Translations under genes and position numbers: made by a program | In this document: positions 52,943 through 64,000 of the stretch, piece by piece | Layout of the letters: each line of letters starts with the position of its first letter | How positions within the stretch are numbered: position 1 is the first letter of the stretch | The notes under the pieces: generated by a model | What the model saw: the letters and a program-made list of their open reading frames with translations, nothing else | Told to the model about the DNA's origin: nothing | The model's database searches: none | Origin: Haliotis rubra | Lineage: Eukaryota | DNA: 64,000 nucleotides | Assembly: GCF_003918875.1 (NCBI RefSeq) | Contig: NW_025767423.1 | Location: forward strand, 186,001 to 250,000 | Direction: 5' to 3'

Positions 52943-54698
52943 ATGCCGACTACGTGTGCTATTGTAAACTGCCACAATCGGGGTGGGAGAGATAAAAAGA
53001 GCTTTTATCGCATTCCTAAGGTTATTTCTGGACAGGGGGAAGCAGCAGAAAAGAAGAGTGAACGGCGAAGGAGAGCATGGATTGCTGTAATCAACCGATC
53101 CGATGTGACGTGTTATGAACAGCTTCGTGTTTGTTCGGATCATTTCATTTCAGGTAAGCTACATTATTAATATTTTGTAGGTACATATGAATCTAAAATC
53201 TTGACAATTCAAAGCCCATTTTGTATTAAATTGATGTGCTAGGTCGAAAAACTCTGACAGTATTTTAGTTTTATGTTAGCAGAGCTGGTCAGTCTTGGTG
53301 GCGGGAAGCCATGAACACTAAATGTTCATAGGACATGCAGTATCTCATGTAAAGTCGATATTAGTACGAGATTATTTATTATGAATTCAGTGTCTATTGT
53401 TGTTTTATCAGAAAAATAGTAGCATATTTTTTATGGTTTATTTAGTGTCTTGTTTCAAAGCACAATGTGGAAATAACATAAATTCATATTGAATCTTGAG
53501 TTAACTTATCTTCTTAGAAATCTTACATGTAGAGAATTTTACAGACAGATAAACTGTAAGTTATGATATTGTGTAATGAATAATTCATATATTTTCAGAA
53601 AAACCACATCAATATGATGAATCACATCCAGACTGGGCTCCTAGCAAGCATCTAGGCTATAAAGGGACAAAGTCACCAAGTAAAGCAGCTGTACGCCATG
53701 AAAGACTGCAAAACAGAAAGGAAACTGCTAAGAAAACAGAAGCTGCTCTAAGTTTACTTGAACTTCGTGCATACAAGGAAGATGAATCTGACAGGACTTT
53801 GAAGACGACAAAGTGAAGTATTATACTGGATTGCCAAGTTTTGTAACTCTTATGGCACTTAATCATCTTTTGGCCCCTGAAATGACTGAAAACAGAAATT
53901 CATCTCTCAGCAAATTTCAGAAGATAATCATAACCCTAATGAGACGTAGACTAAATTTGCCAATCACAGACTTGAGTTATCGCTTTGGTGTATTTAAAGC
54001 TACATTATCTAAGGCTTTCTTAGATACTTTGAACTTAATGTATGTTGCATAACAACCTTTAGTGCGTTGGCCTGATCGTGATGAACTAAGGGAAACAATG
54101 TCGATGGTGTTTCGTAAATACTTTGGAAGGAGAGTCACCTGCATTATCGACTGTTTTGAGATTTTCACAGATCGCCCATCTAACATGACTGCAAGGGCAC
54201 AGATCTGGTCCAACTACAAGCACCACGACACAGCCAAATATTTGACAGGAATTACACCTCAGGGAAGTGTAGGCTTCATGTCGGAGGGGGTGGGGGTGGG
54301 GATAGGGTGGGGGGCGAGTAAGTGACACACATCTAACAGCCAACTGCACATTCCTAGACAATCTGAGGAATGGAGATTTGATACTAGCAGATCGGGGATT
54401 TGACATCCAGGAAGTGGTTGCATTGGTTGGAGCCGAAGTGAAATGTCCATCTTTTATGAGAGGAAAGCAACAGCTGAGTGCTAGAGAAGTTGAGTCAACA
54501 AGAAAAATTGCTAATGTGAGGATTCACGTGGAAAGGGTCATTGGATCTGTGCGTCAGAAGTTCATGATTCTTAGAGCGACAAGTCCGATTGATTATCTCA
54601 TGTCGAAAGCTGGTGACAAGTGTACAATTCTTGATAACATTGTGTTTGTATGCTGTGCTCTTACCTACATGTGTCCCTCTGTTGTGCCATTTGACTGA
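52943..54698 (+). pseudogene. Harbinger/ISL2EU-like transposase: THAP (exon 52943-53153) + HTH + DDE_Tnp_4 (from 53599), disrupted
   Basis: MPTTCAIVNC..YRIP..W..VCSDHF; intron 53154-53598 then HPDWAPS; KYYTGLP; IIDCFEIF; ILADRGF; RIHVERVIG; frameshifts near 53800 and 54300, stop at 54050. Confidence 0.9.
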
Positions 54699-55802
54699 CA
54701 TAAACATTCACACATTAAATTTCCATTAACGTTTATTTTGAGTTATTATGAGTTACTTTTCATTGGCTACTGGCATGTTTAGCCGTTAAAATATTAAAAA
54801 AACACACAAAAATAAAGACATGTCTGCAGTTTATCCATTCCGTGTGATAGGTTTAATCACAGTTTTGGATAACCCAAGCTGCACTGATCAGCCTTGGGAG
54901 GGCGAAACATGTTAAATTTTCTAATAGAATCTTATGATTTTATACTACAGAAAGTTTCTTTTTTGTCAACACATTTGAGAGAGAGACAGATATGTTTCAT
55001 ATTGTAATTGTTTTCCATACTTGACATATTTAGTCAACTTGAAGTTGTCTATTTGGTTTAGTTAGGACAAATAAATTGCCACGAAAAATAAATGTTTCTA
55101 AACAAAGTTTGAGTGCATTGCAAACATGTTTCAGTGCTGCAAGGATTTCCCAATAAAATAACTGACAAAACTGATGTTTGTGTCAGAACAGGAAAATAAT
55201 GTCAACAATGATCAGTGAAGTCAGGTGGGGATTGTGAATTCCAGGTATTTTCTTTTCTTTCCTTTTTATGCTCCTCAAGAAGTTACCCTCCAAGCAGTCC
55301 AGAGAAAACCAATCTCCCTCAGGTTCAGCTTTAAGGTTCACGCACGACAAATCAAGTAATTCACCAAGTCCGGGTATGAAACGCACGACCCTTTCTGATA
55401 TTCGACGTGGCAATAGCCAGACTCTCTGGTCAAGACTCAATCATTTTTAGCCTGAAATTTTGGCTCAAACATCTAACAAGATCATACCGGGTCAGGCGGA
55501 TAGTGGATAGTCATACCACTGACAGGCATCAGCTTTGGACTGCACCCACCCTTGCAAACTAGAAAATGACAACCCCTCAGAATGATGTCATTATTTCAGT
55601 TTTATTGTCACAAAACAACATAAAATTGCAGTGGTCATAAAAATATCAACATTCGATAAAACAAATAGGAAAACAGTTATAAAGTGCATCAATCTGTACA
55701 ATAATATGGCACGTTTCTACAACATTGATGATGTCATACAGATCGCGCTGTTGATAAGTCTCCAAAATATGGCTGCTGCTGATTTGTCCGCAATAAAACA
55801 CG

Positions 55803-56178
55803 ATGGATCATTTGTCCAGACTGTACTAGATTGGTCCACATTACGGATCATTCGTCCAGACTGTACTACACTGGTCCACATTACGGATCATTCGTCCAGA
55901 CTGTACTACATTGGTCCACATTACGAATCATTCGTCCAGACTGTACTACACTGGTCCTCATTACGGATCATTTGTCCAGACTGTACTACACTGGTCCTCA
56001 TTACGGATCATTCGTCCAGACTGTACTACACTGGTCCTCATTACGGATCATTTGTCCAGACTGTACTAGATTGGTCCACATTACGGATCATTCGTCCAGA
56101 CTGTACTACACTGGTCCACATTACGGATCATTCGTCCAGACTGTACTACATTGGTCCACATTACGAATCATTTGTCCG
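55803..56178. repeat. 40-bp minisatellite, ~9 copies, just 3' of the GDPD1-like stop codon
   Basis: ttacggatcattcgtccagactgtactacactggtccaca units. Confidence 0.93.
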
Positions 56179-56221
56179 ACTTTTACAACTCTGTCGACCC
56201 CGACGTCGGCGTGTCTGCATG

Positions 56222-56479
56222 TCACAAAGTATTTGTCGGCTCCGACGTCTGTGTACCCGTCTTTAACAAGCTGTCTGCCGGTTCCACCGAATGTATGTCG
56301 GCCTTTAACAAGCTGTCAGCCGGACCCGATGTCTGTGTGTCTGCCTCTAACGACGTCTGTGGGGCCGACTTGAGGTAGGCCGACAGTGAGGTCGGGAAGT
56401 CGGTTATCACGCCGGTGGTCTTCAGTTGATGGAAGGCTCGCTTGTACTCGCTGTCCTTGTTCAACACAAACAGGAAAGT
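56222..56479 (-). CDS. GDPD1: GDPD1/GDPD3-like lysophospholipase D, last coding exon
   Basis: ttgcag acceptor; TFLFVLNKDSEYKRAFHQLKTTGVITDFPTSL matches family WVLNEEQEYKRAFDLGATGVMTDYPT. Confidence 0.9.
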   Translation of the reverse strand, partial: TFLFVLNKDSEYKRAFHQLKTTGVITDFPTSLSAYLKSAPQTSLEADTQTSGPADSLLKADIHSVEPADSLLKTGTQTSEPTNTL

Positions 56480-57269
56480 CTGCAAGTGAAAATGTAAAAT
56501 ATATAGGATGTTATTGAAGAAGACATCTTTTGTCTTAACTTTATTCTGGAGGCAGTCATAATTTAGGTTTTCGGGTGAAAACAGACACTAATTCAACCAA
56601 AACAGGAAAGTCTGCACGTGTAAGTGTATGTGTACTAGGATGTAATAGTGGACTAAACAAGACGGCCTTAGTCTGGACGCATTCATAATTTACGTGCTTT
56701 TTTGTGTTTTGTTTTTATTTGGAATTACTTAGGACGTGTTTATTCTTTAAAATGTATGTACACAATGAAATTGCAATTTTTATCTTGCATCCAGTTGTAC
56801 ACTGATAATTGTAGTGAGTGAGTTGGATTGTATGCCGCTGCTTGCAATATTCCAGCAATATCACGGCGTGGAGCACCAGAAATGGGCTTCACACCGCCGC
56901 TGAAAGGCAAGCCAACGCCCAAGTCAAAGCCCAAGCCTAAACATACGAGCAAGGATTGCAAAAAGAATGAAAAAACTCGCAGGTACCAAGACGAGTTTAG
57001 TAAACTTCCTGAAGTAAACAAATCATGATTTTAGACCGTTCTGTTTGTTTCCGTTGTAATCAACAATATCCCAAACAAAGATAGTATATGCCAGAATGAA
57101 CATGTGTCGGATCAGGACCGAAAAAACGATTACATTTACTGACGACCAAACGAAACTTTACAACTTCAAAAATGATTTTGAAAATCAAAACAAATGCAAA
57201 AGTCATCCAAGCATAACAATGATAGGTGACTTTTGGTGATACTCGTCAATGGCACGGCACAACACTCAG

Positions 57270-58430
57270 CAGGGTATGGAGATGAGACTCACGGCCTGAG
57301 GGAACCCAATGAAATGTAGCGACCGACCCCCGAAACAACCCGCTGTGATGCAGATGGAAGCACACATGTCCACATAGTTCCCGTGTTGTGACTAAGCGGT
57401 GCAAGACAGTGAACCAGACAGACATCAGACACGCCAAGAACAGACAGACCAAGGAAACTGCGTCCCATGAAGACCAGTATTGGTCGGACTTTGTCTCTAG
57501 AATCGAATCCTGGCTGTGACGTCATCAGCAACAAATGCAATGAGTCCTGGCGACCGGAAGTGATCAGGTGACTCGAGGCTACATGGCTTACACACCTTAC
57601 AGAAGATAGTTATTGAAAGTGTAAAAACACTGTGCGTCGTTGGCAGCGACGTGACTGGCAGAGGGCCATCTTCACTGGTAAAAGTCGGTTCTGTCTGATC
57701 AGAGCTGACGGAAGACAGCGTGTCTACTGCGGAAGGGGAGATAAAATGGTGGTCGTATGGCGAATGGGATTGCATTGTATGGGGAGGAACAATGCCGTTC
57801 ATCGCTAACGGACATTTTACATGGATGCTATTCTTCGTGCTTCACCAGATGTCACGTGGTGTCCTTTTTCGCCTTGACGTCAGACCCTGTACAGCCCAAA
57901 GTATTCACGACTTCCTTACAACCAGACCCGCGAAGATCCGGGGTACAATAGGTCTTCAGCCACCCATGCTTGCCACAAAAGGCGACTATGCTTGTCGTAA
58001 GAGGCGACTAACGGGATCGGGTGGTCAGGCACATGTGGTTGACACATGTCATCGGTGCCCAATTGCGCAGATCGATGCTCATGCTAGTGATCACTGGATT
58101 GTCTGGTCCAGACTCGATTATTTACAGACCGCCGCCATATAGCTGGAATATTGCTGAGTGCGCCGTGAAACTAAACGCACTCACTCACTCCTTACAACCA
58201 ACAACGCCAAATTGTTGACGTGGCCTGCACGCTCCACACATGTCCCCCCATGGAAGGCCTAGGGATGGGATGTCATGCATCGCCGAGTCACACATCGTCG
58301 AGTTACACATCGTCGAGTTACAGAGACCACATCCCCCTGCCAACCGACAAGAACTTATCAAGGCCCTCCACGAAGAAAGGCGACATGTCCCAGTACACTA
58401 CCAGACGACATAGTTTTGCTTTGTGTCTGA
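57270..58430 (+). mobile_element. Second, heavily decayed Tc1-like transposase remnant in a GDPD1 intron
   Basis: IFTGKSRFCLIRADGRQRVY (FTDESRF-like), IVWGG, DFLTTNNAKLLTWPARS (split by a SINE); boundaries approximate. Confidence 0.65.
57925..58188 (+). mobile_element. SINE family 3, young copy with perfect 12-bp TSD
   Basis: tccttacaacca at 57913-57924 and 58189-58200; (cact)n tail. Confidence 0.92.
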
Positions 58431-58827
58431 GAGTTTAGTGAATCTCGCACGTAGTACTGGGTGAACCTACACGATACTAATGTGTATACCCACTTCTGGT
58501 GTCCCTGTCGTGATAATGCTGGACTGTTGATAACAGCGGCGTAAAACAAAAAAACTCATTGCGAGTTTCGATGTGTGAGGCTATTGTCCATTTTGTTGAT
58601 AGCATGATTTTGCTACCCAGCCTCAGTTTGGTCAACTATGCCGCCAGTATCGGGTGATGTATGGTTGTCATATGATAAGTTGACGGCGTTTGGATTTTCA
58701 ACACATTTTACTTCATACATCCATATTTTCGCGGTGTTTAAAACTAACTAGCGTGTCTTTAGGCCGTAAGTCTATAATCACTCCTGAGACGGAGTGTACG
58801 GATAATCACGTTACTATGGCAACTTAC

Positions 58828-58879
58828 ATTAATACCACGCCTGGACAGGTGACCAAAGAGAGACGACCGCATGAAGAGT
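58828..58879 (-). CDS. GDPD1: GDPD1-like exon (KLFMRSSLFGHLSRRGIN)
   Basis: ttccag acceptor, gtaagt donor; matches LLMRKALFDHLTARGIQ; phases fit. Confidence 0.92.
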
Positions 58880-59022
58880 CTGGAACAATTGGTTTAACTC
58901 ATTATGGTTCATATACAGAGAGGGAGACAAGCTGTTTATTTTGTATTCTGTACAAACAAATCATACAGGTTATATTCTTCTACGTTACAAAATACAGAAA
59001 GTATCAATAATTTACAGTATCT

Positions 59023-59087
59023 ACACACACACACACAAACACACACACACAAACACACACACACACAGAGAGCAGCCACACACACAC
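59023..59087. repeat. (CA)n microsatellite
   Basis: interrupted CA run. Confidence 0.9.
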
Positions 59088-59106
59088 CTACTAGAGATCC
59101 ACCTAC

Positions 59107-59166
59107 TTGTCTGTAAGCCATACTTTAAATCGACCAAATCCGTGGAGATCAAAACCATTTTGTGGA
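59107..59166 (-). CDS. GDPD1: GDPD1-like exon (DPQNGFDLHGFGRFKVWLTD)
   Basis: tttcag acceptor, gtaggt donor, phase 2-2; FKVWLTD corresponds to FLIWLSD. Confidence 0.85.
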
Positions 59167-59191
59167 CTGAAAGACAACAGTGAGATACAAG

Positions 59192-59347
59192 TTACATAGC
59201 ACGTGGTGATACACCAGTTATTACATAGCACGTGGTGATACACCAGTTATTACATAGCACGTGGTGATACACCTTATTACATAGCACGTGGTGATACACC
59301 TTTTTACATAGCACGTGGTGATACACCTTATTACATAGCACGTGGTG
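59192..59347. repeat. 27-29-bp minisatellite, 6 copies, each with CACGTG
   Basis: ttacatagcacgtggtgatacacc units. Confidence 0.92.
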
Positions 59348-60089
59348 GATAACAAGTACCCGTGCCAACTGTGTTGGTTGAAAGACAGGACCAACTGGAT
59401 CGGTTATCAGACTCGGTGACTTTAGTTGGAGCATAGTCGTATTTCGATGGCGTGGATGGGCATCCAAACCATCAGTCACTGGATTGTCTGGTCCAGACAA
59501 TATAAGTTGTATGCTTCCCCCTCGGGTAATACGGTCTGATGTATGCCTCTTTGTAGCAGTGTCACCGGACCAGCATAACACTGCTACAAAGAGACTTACA
59601 TCAGACTGTATTACCATCGAGAGAAGCACACAAGGTATCTATCTTACCGCCATGTTAAAAGTACAAAATATCATTTTATTTTATTTCATTTTGGAGATCG
59701 CTACCGACTATATGACATGTAAACAAAAAGGCGTCTGTTTCTCGACAGGATTTTAAAATCAGTTTAAAGCAACTATACAAACGGTTAATTATGTTTCATT
59801 TGTGTGTGGAAACGATTCAATGTATAAAATAGTTTGAAAAGAGCAGTGAAAGTCGGTACATAGGGAACTCAGAAACAGCTACGGTTTTCGAACTGGGAGG
59901 GGTGACATGTTAAAGAGTCATTGACCAATGAAATTAAAGTATTTTACATGAAGGTAAGATAATGATTGTTTTCAGACCTCCATCGTATGACGGTACTACG
60001 TCTGACTTCGGTGTTAAACAACAAGAAGTTACCAAATATATACTAGGTGGGTGGGGGGAGTCGATCCCGGAATAGCGAAACGTACTCAC

Positions 60090-60223
60090 TCTAGTTCTAT
60101 AGATGGCATTGGGGCTACAAGAAAGGTTTCGCGCAGTCTGATAAAGGGGAGTAATCCAGTGTAGAACCATAGGAGCATGAGTAGTCCCCCTTTGTAACTG
60201 AAGAAAATAGGAATGTCCGCAGT
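60090..60223 (-). CDS. GDPD1: GDPD1-like exon (TADIPIFFSYKGGLLMLLWFYTGLLPFIRLRETFLVAPMPSIEL)
   Basis: tttcag acceptor, gtgagt donor; DIPI.FS, FxTGLLPF and PMPS are GDPD1/3 hallmarks. Confidence 0.93.
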
Positions 60224-60347
60224 CTGAAATGTATAGAACAGAATACATCATCATCATCAGCAGCAGCAGCAGCAGCAACAGCAGCTGCAGCCACAGGATG
60301 CCTCGGAAGTCAGTTTATGTCGACGGAAGGAATGGATTGTAATTTAC

Positions 60348-60437
60348 CTGCTTATACATCAGAGTGGACGTTGATTTGTTTTCGCTGCCCCATATTGTCC
60401 TGTCTGCTCTGTCAAACTCTGTGATCATATCCGACAC
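60348..60437 (-). CDS. GDPD1: GDPD1-like exon (VSDMITEFDRADRTIWGSENKSTSTLMYKQ); upstream exons not found in window
   Basis: ctccag acceptor, gtaaat donor, phase 0-0; matches VSELVKRYNREHLTVWGN..CYKE. Confidence 0.9.
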
Positions 60438-60487
60438 CTGGAGACACAGAAACCGCTGTGTTACTGATATACCTGACAGAACGATAA

Positions 60488-63384
60488 ACTTGACACGAGA
60501 ACAGGTCAGCCACAGAGATAATGTGTTACTGATATACTTGACATGAGAACAGGCCAGCCACAGGGGTAATGTGTTACTGATATACTTGACATGAGAACAG
60601 GCCAGCCACAGGGGTAATGTGTTACTGATATACTTGACACGATGAGAACAGGTCAGCCACAGGGGTAATGTGTTACTGATATACCTGACATGAGAACAGG
60701 TCAGCCACAGGGGTAATGTGTTACTGATATACCTGACATGAGAACAGGTCAGCCACAGGGGTAATGTGTTACTGATATACTTGACATGAGAACAGGTCAG
60801 CCACAGGGGTAATGTGATACTGATATACTTGACATGAGAACAGGCCAGCCACAGGGGTAATGTGTTACTGATATACTTGACATGAGAACAGGCCAGCCAC
60901 AGGGGTAATGTGTTACTGATATACTTGACATGAGAACAGGTCAGCCACAGGGGTAATGTGTTACTGATATACTTGACATGAGAACAGGCCAGCCACAGGG
61001 GTAATGTGTTACTGATAAACTTGACATGAGAACAGGTCAGCCACAGGGGTAATGTGTGATACTGATATACTTGACATGAGAACAGGTCAGCCACAGGGGT
61101 AATGTGATACTGATATACTTGACATGAGAACAGGCCAGCCACAGGGGTAATGTGTTACTGATATACTTGACATGAGAACAGGTCAGCCACAGGGGTAATG
61201 TGATACTGATATACTTGACATGAGAACAGGCCAGTCACAGGGGTAATGTGTTACTGATATACTTGACATGAGAACAGGTCAGCCACAGGGGTAATGTGTT
61301 ACTGATATACTTGACATGAGAACAGGTCAGCCACAGGGGTAATGTGATACTGATATACTTGACATGAGAACAGGCCAGCCACAGGGGTAATGTGTTACTG
61401 ATATACTTGACACGAGAACAGGCCAGCCACAGGGGTAATGTGTTACTGATATAATGACATGAGAACAGGTCAGCCACAGGGGGTAATGTGTTACTGATAA
61501 ACTTGACATGAGAACAGGTCAGTCACACAGGGGTAATGTGCTACTAATATACTTGACACGAGAACAGGCCAGCCACAGGGTAATGTGATACTTGACATGA
61601 TATACTGATGACATGAGAACAGGCCAGCCACAGGGGTAATGTGTTACTGATATACTTGACATGAGAACAGGTCAGCCACAGGGGTAATGTGTTACTGATA
61701 TACTTGACATGAGAACAGGTCAGCCACAGGGGTAATGTGATACTGATATACTTGACATGAGAACAGGCCAGCCACAGGGGTAATGTGCTACTAATATACT
61801 TGACACGAGAACAGGCCAGCCACAGGGGTAATGTGCTACTAATATACTTGACATGAGAACAGGTCAGCCACAGGGGTAATGTGGTAATACTGATATACTT
61901 GACATGAGAACAGGTCAGCCACAGGGGTAATGTGATACTGATATACTTGACATGAGAACAGGTCAGCCACAGGGGTAATGTGATACTGATATACTCTGAC
62001 ATGAGAACAGGTCAGCCACAGGGGTAATGTGATACTGATATACCTGACATGAGAACAGGTCAGCCACAGGGGTAATGTGTTACTGATATACTTGACACGA
62101 GAACAGGTCAGCCACAGGGGTAATGTGATACTGATATACTTGACATGAGAACAGGTCAGCCACAGGGGTAATGTGTTACTGATATACTTGACATGAGAAC
62201 AGGCCAGCCACAGGGGTAATGTGATACTGATATACTTGACATGAGAACAGGTCAGCCACAGGGGTAATGTGATACTGATATACTTGACATGAGAACAGGT
62301 CAGCCACAGGGGTAATGTGATACTGATATACCTGACATGAGAACAGGTCAGCCACAGGGGTAATGTGATACTGATATACTTGACATGAGAACAGGTCAGC
62401 CACAGGGGTAATGTGATACTGATATACTTGACATGAGAACAGGTCAGCCACAGGGGTAATGTGTTACTGATATACTTGACATGAGAACAGGTCAGCCACA
62501 GGGGTAATGTGTTACTGATATACTTGACATGAGAACAGGTCAGCCACAGGGGTAATGTGCTACTGATATACTTGACACATGAGAACAGGTCAGCCACAGG
62601 GGTAATGTGATACTGATATACCTGACATGAGAACAGGTCAGCCACAGGGGTAATGTGCTACTAATATACTTGACATGAGAACAGGTCAGCCACAGGGGTA
62701 ATGTGTTACTGATATACTTGACATGAGAACAGGTCAGCCACAGGGGTAATGTGTTACTGATATACTTGACATGAGAACAGGTCAGCCACAGGGGTAATGT
62801 GTTACTGATATACTTGACATGAGAACAGGTCAGCCACAGGGGTAATGTGTTACTGATATATACTTGACATGAGAACAGGTCAGCCACAGGGGTAATGTGT
62901 TACTGATATACCTGACATGAGAACAGGTCAGCCACAGGGGTAATGTGTTACTGATATACTTGACATGAGAACAGGTCAGCCACAGGGGTAATGTGTTACT
63001 GATATACTTGACATGAGAACAGGTCAGCCACAGGGGTAATGTGTTACTGATATACCTTGACATGAGAACAGGTCAGCCACAGGGGTAATGTGTTACTGAT
63101 ATACTTGACATGAGAACAGGTCAGCCACAGGGGTAATGTGTTACTGATATACTGACATGACATGAGAACAGGTCAGCCACAGGGGTAATGTGTTACTGAT
63201 ATACTTGACATGAGAACAGGTCAGCCACAGGGGTAATGTGTTACTGATATACTTGACATGAGAACAGGTCAGCCACAGGGGTAATGTGTTACTGATATAC
63301 TTGACATGAGAACAGGTCAGCCACAGGGGTAATGTGTTACTGATATACTTGACAGGTGAGAACAGGTCAGCCACAGGGGTAATG
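60488..63384. repeat. 48-bp minisatellite, ~60 copies, abutting the GDPD1-like acceptor
   Basis: acttgacatgagaacaggtcagccacaggggtaatgtgttactgatat repeated. Confidence 0.97.
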
Positions 63385-64000
63385 CGCTGTCAGCCAAGGG
63401 GTGATTGTGGGTGAGACAGGTCAGAGTGAGTTCGATTCTAGACCGCATGTGTTCCCACCAAACCGGGGAACATCAACAACATTGAAACTTGTACCCATTT
63501 CGATTCGAACCGGGTCTTCGGCACGACCCGATTCTTTGCTCCCCAAAACAGCTAGTGAATATACGTAGTATGTACTTATACCAATGCGAGCGGTTAGTTA
63601 ACTCACAATACATGCCCAATACAGTACAAGCAATATATCAGAACCGTAATTCACACACAACTCGTCCAATATGCAACACTGAAGAAAGGGAACGGCTACC
63701 CACTGACATACCTAACTAATGTATTCTCTCTAATACACTGTTGAGTATTGTAGTATCCAATCATCCCGAGGCAAATGAAACACCTGACTGTACCACGTGG
63801 TATGGACTCAATTACCTCCCTTGCCTCGGGAAGACTGCTGGTACATTTGAAGTAACTCTTATTTCAAAACTCCGTTGAGTGAACAATATATACTCAAGAA
63901 TCTTACCCTTTGATTCTCTAATGATTACATACTTTACATTCTATTTTCAAATACTCAAGTCCTAAATATCGTTTAAGTCAGATTTCTATTGCGATTTGTG

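Noticed and set aside
55631-56378. Plus-strand 211-aa and 180-aa ORFs
   Set aside because: They derive from the 40-bp repeat and the antisense of the GDPD1 last exon
60246-60292. (CAT)n(CAG)n as a polyQ or polyL coding tract
   Set aside because: It lies inside the 124-bp GDPD1 intron 60224-60347
3779-63384. Tandem arrays as CRISPR arrays
   Set aside because: Units are head-to-tail with no unique spacers, there are no cas genes, and the context is spliceosomal eukaryotic genes

Overview
AT-rich, intron- and repeat-rich animal genomic DNA, most likely a mollusc (possibly an abalone-like gastropod; this rests on remembered SINE/HINE resemblance and is not verified). It contains three host genes: (1) the 3' part of an SGSM1/2-like Rab-GAP gene on + (15 coding exons, 2587-28315, all splice phases compatible, with one apparent +1 frameshift in a C6 homopolymer at 13093-13098); (2) a complete two-exon, divergent heparan sulfate 6-O-sulfotransferase on + (40064-46073); (3) the last five exons of a GDPD1/GDPD3-like lysophospholipase D on - (60437-56222). 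Between them are decayed transposons (two Tc1/mariner copies, a THAP+DDE_Tnp_4 Harbinger/ISL2EU-like element, a second THAP remnant, LINE fragments, three SINE families sharing one 3' tail, several MITE-like palindromes) and about 17 unrelated private minisatellite arrays. The most striking feature is that these arrays hug exons. Two in SGSM (58-bp and 75-bp units) duplicate a real splice junction, so every unit parses as a frame-preserving micro-exon (30 nt or 27 nt) plus a GT..AG mini-intron. A third (48-bp, GDPD1) supplies in-frame decoy acceptors, and a fourth (52-bp) grew out of a SINE 5' end. No CRISPR, rRNA or bona fide tRNA gene was found. Coordinates were counted by eye; repeat and element edges are approximate.
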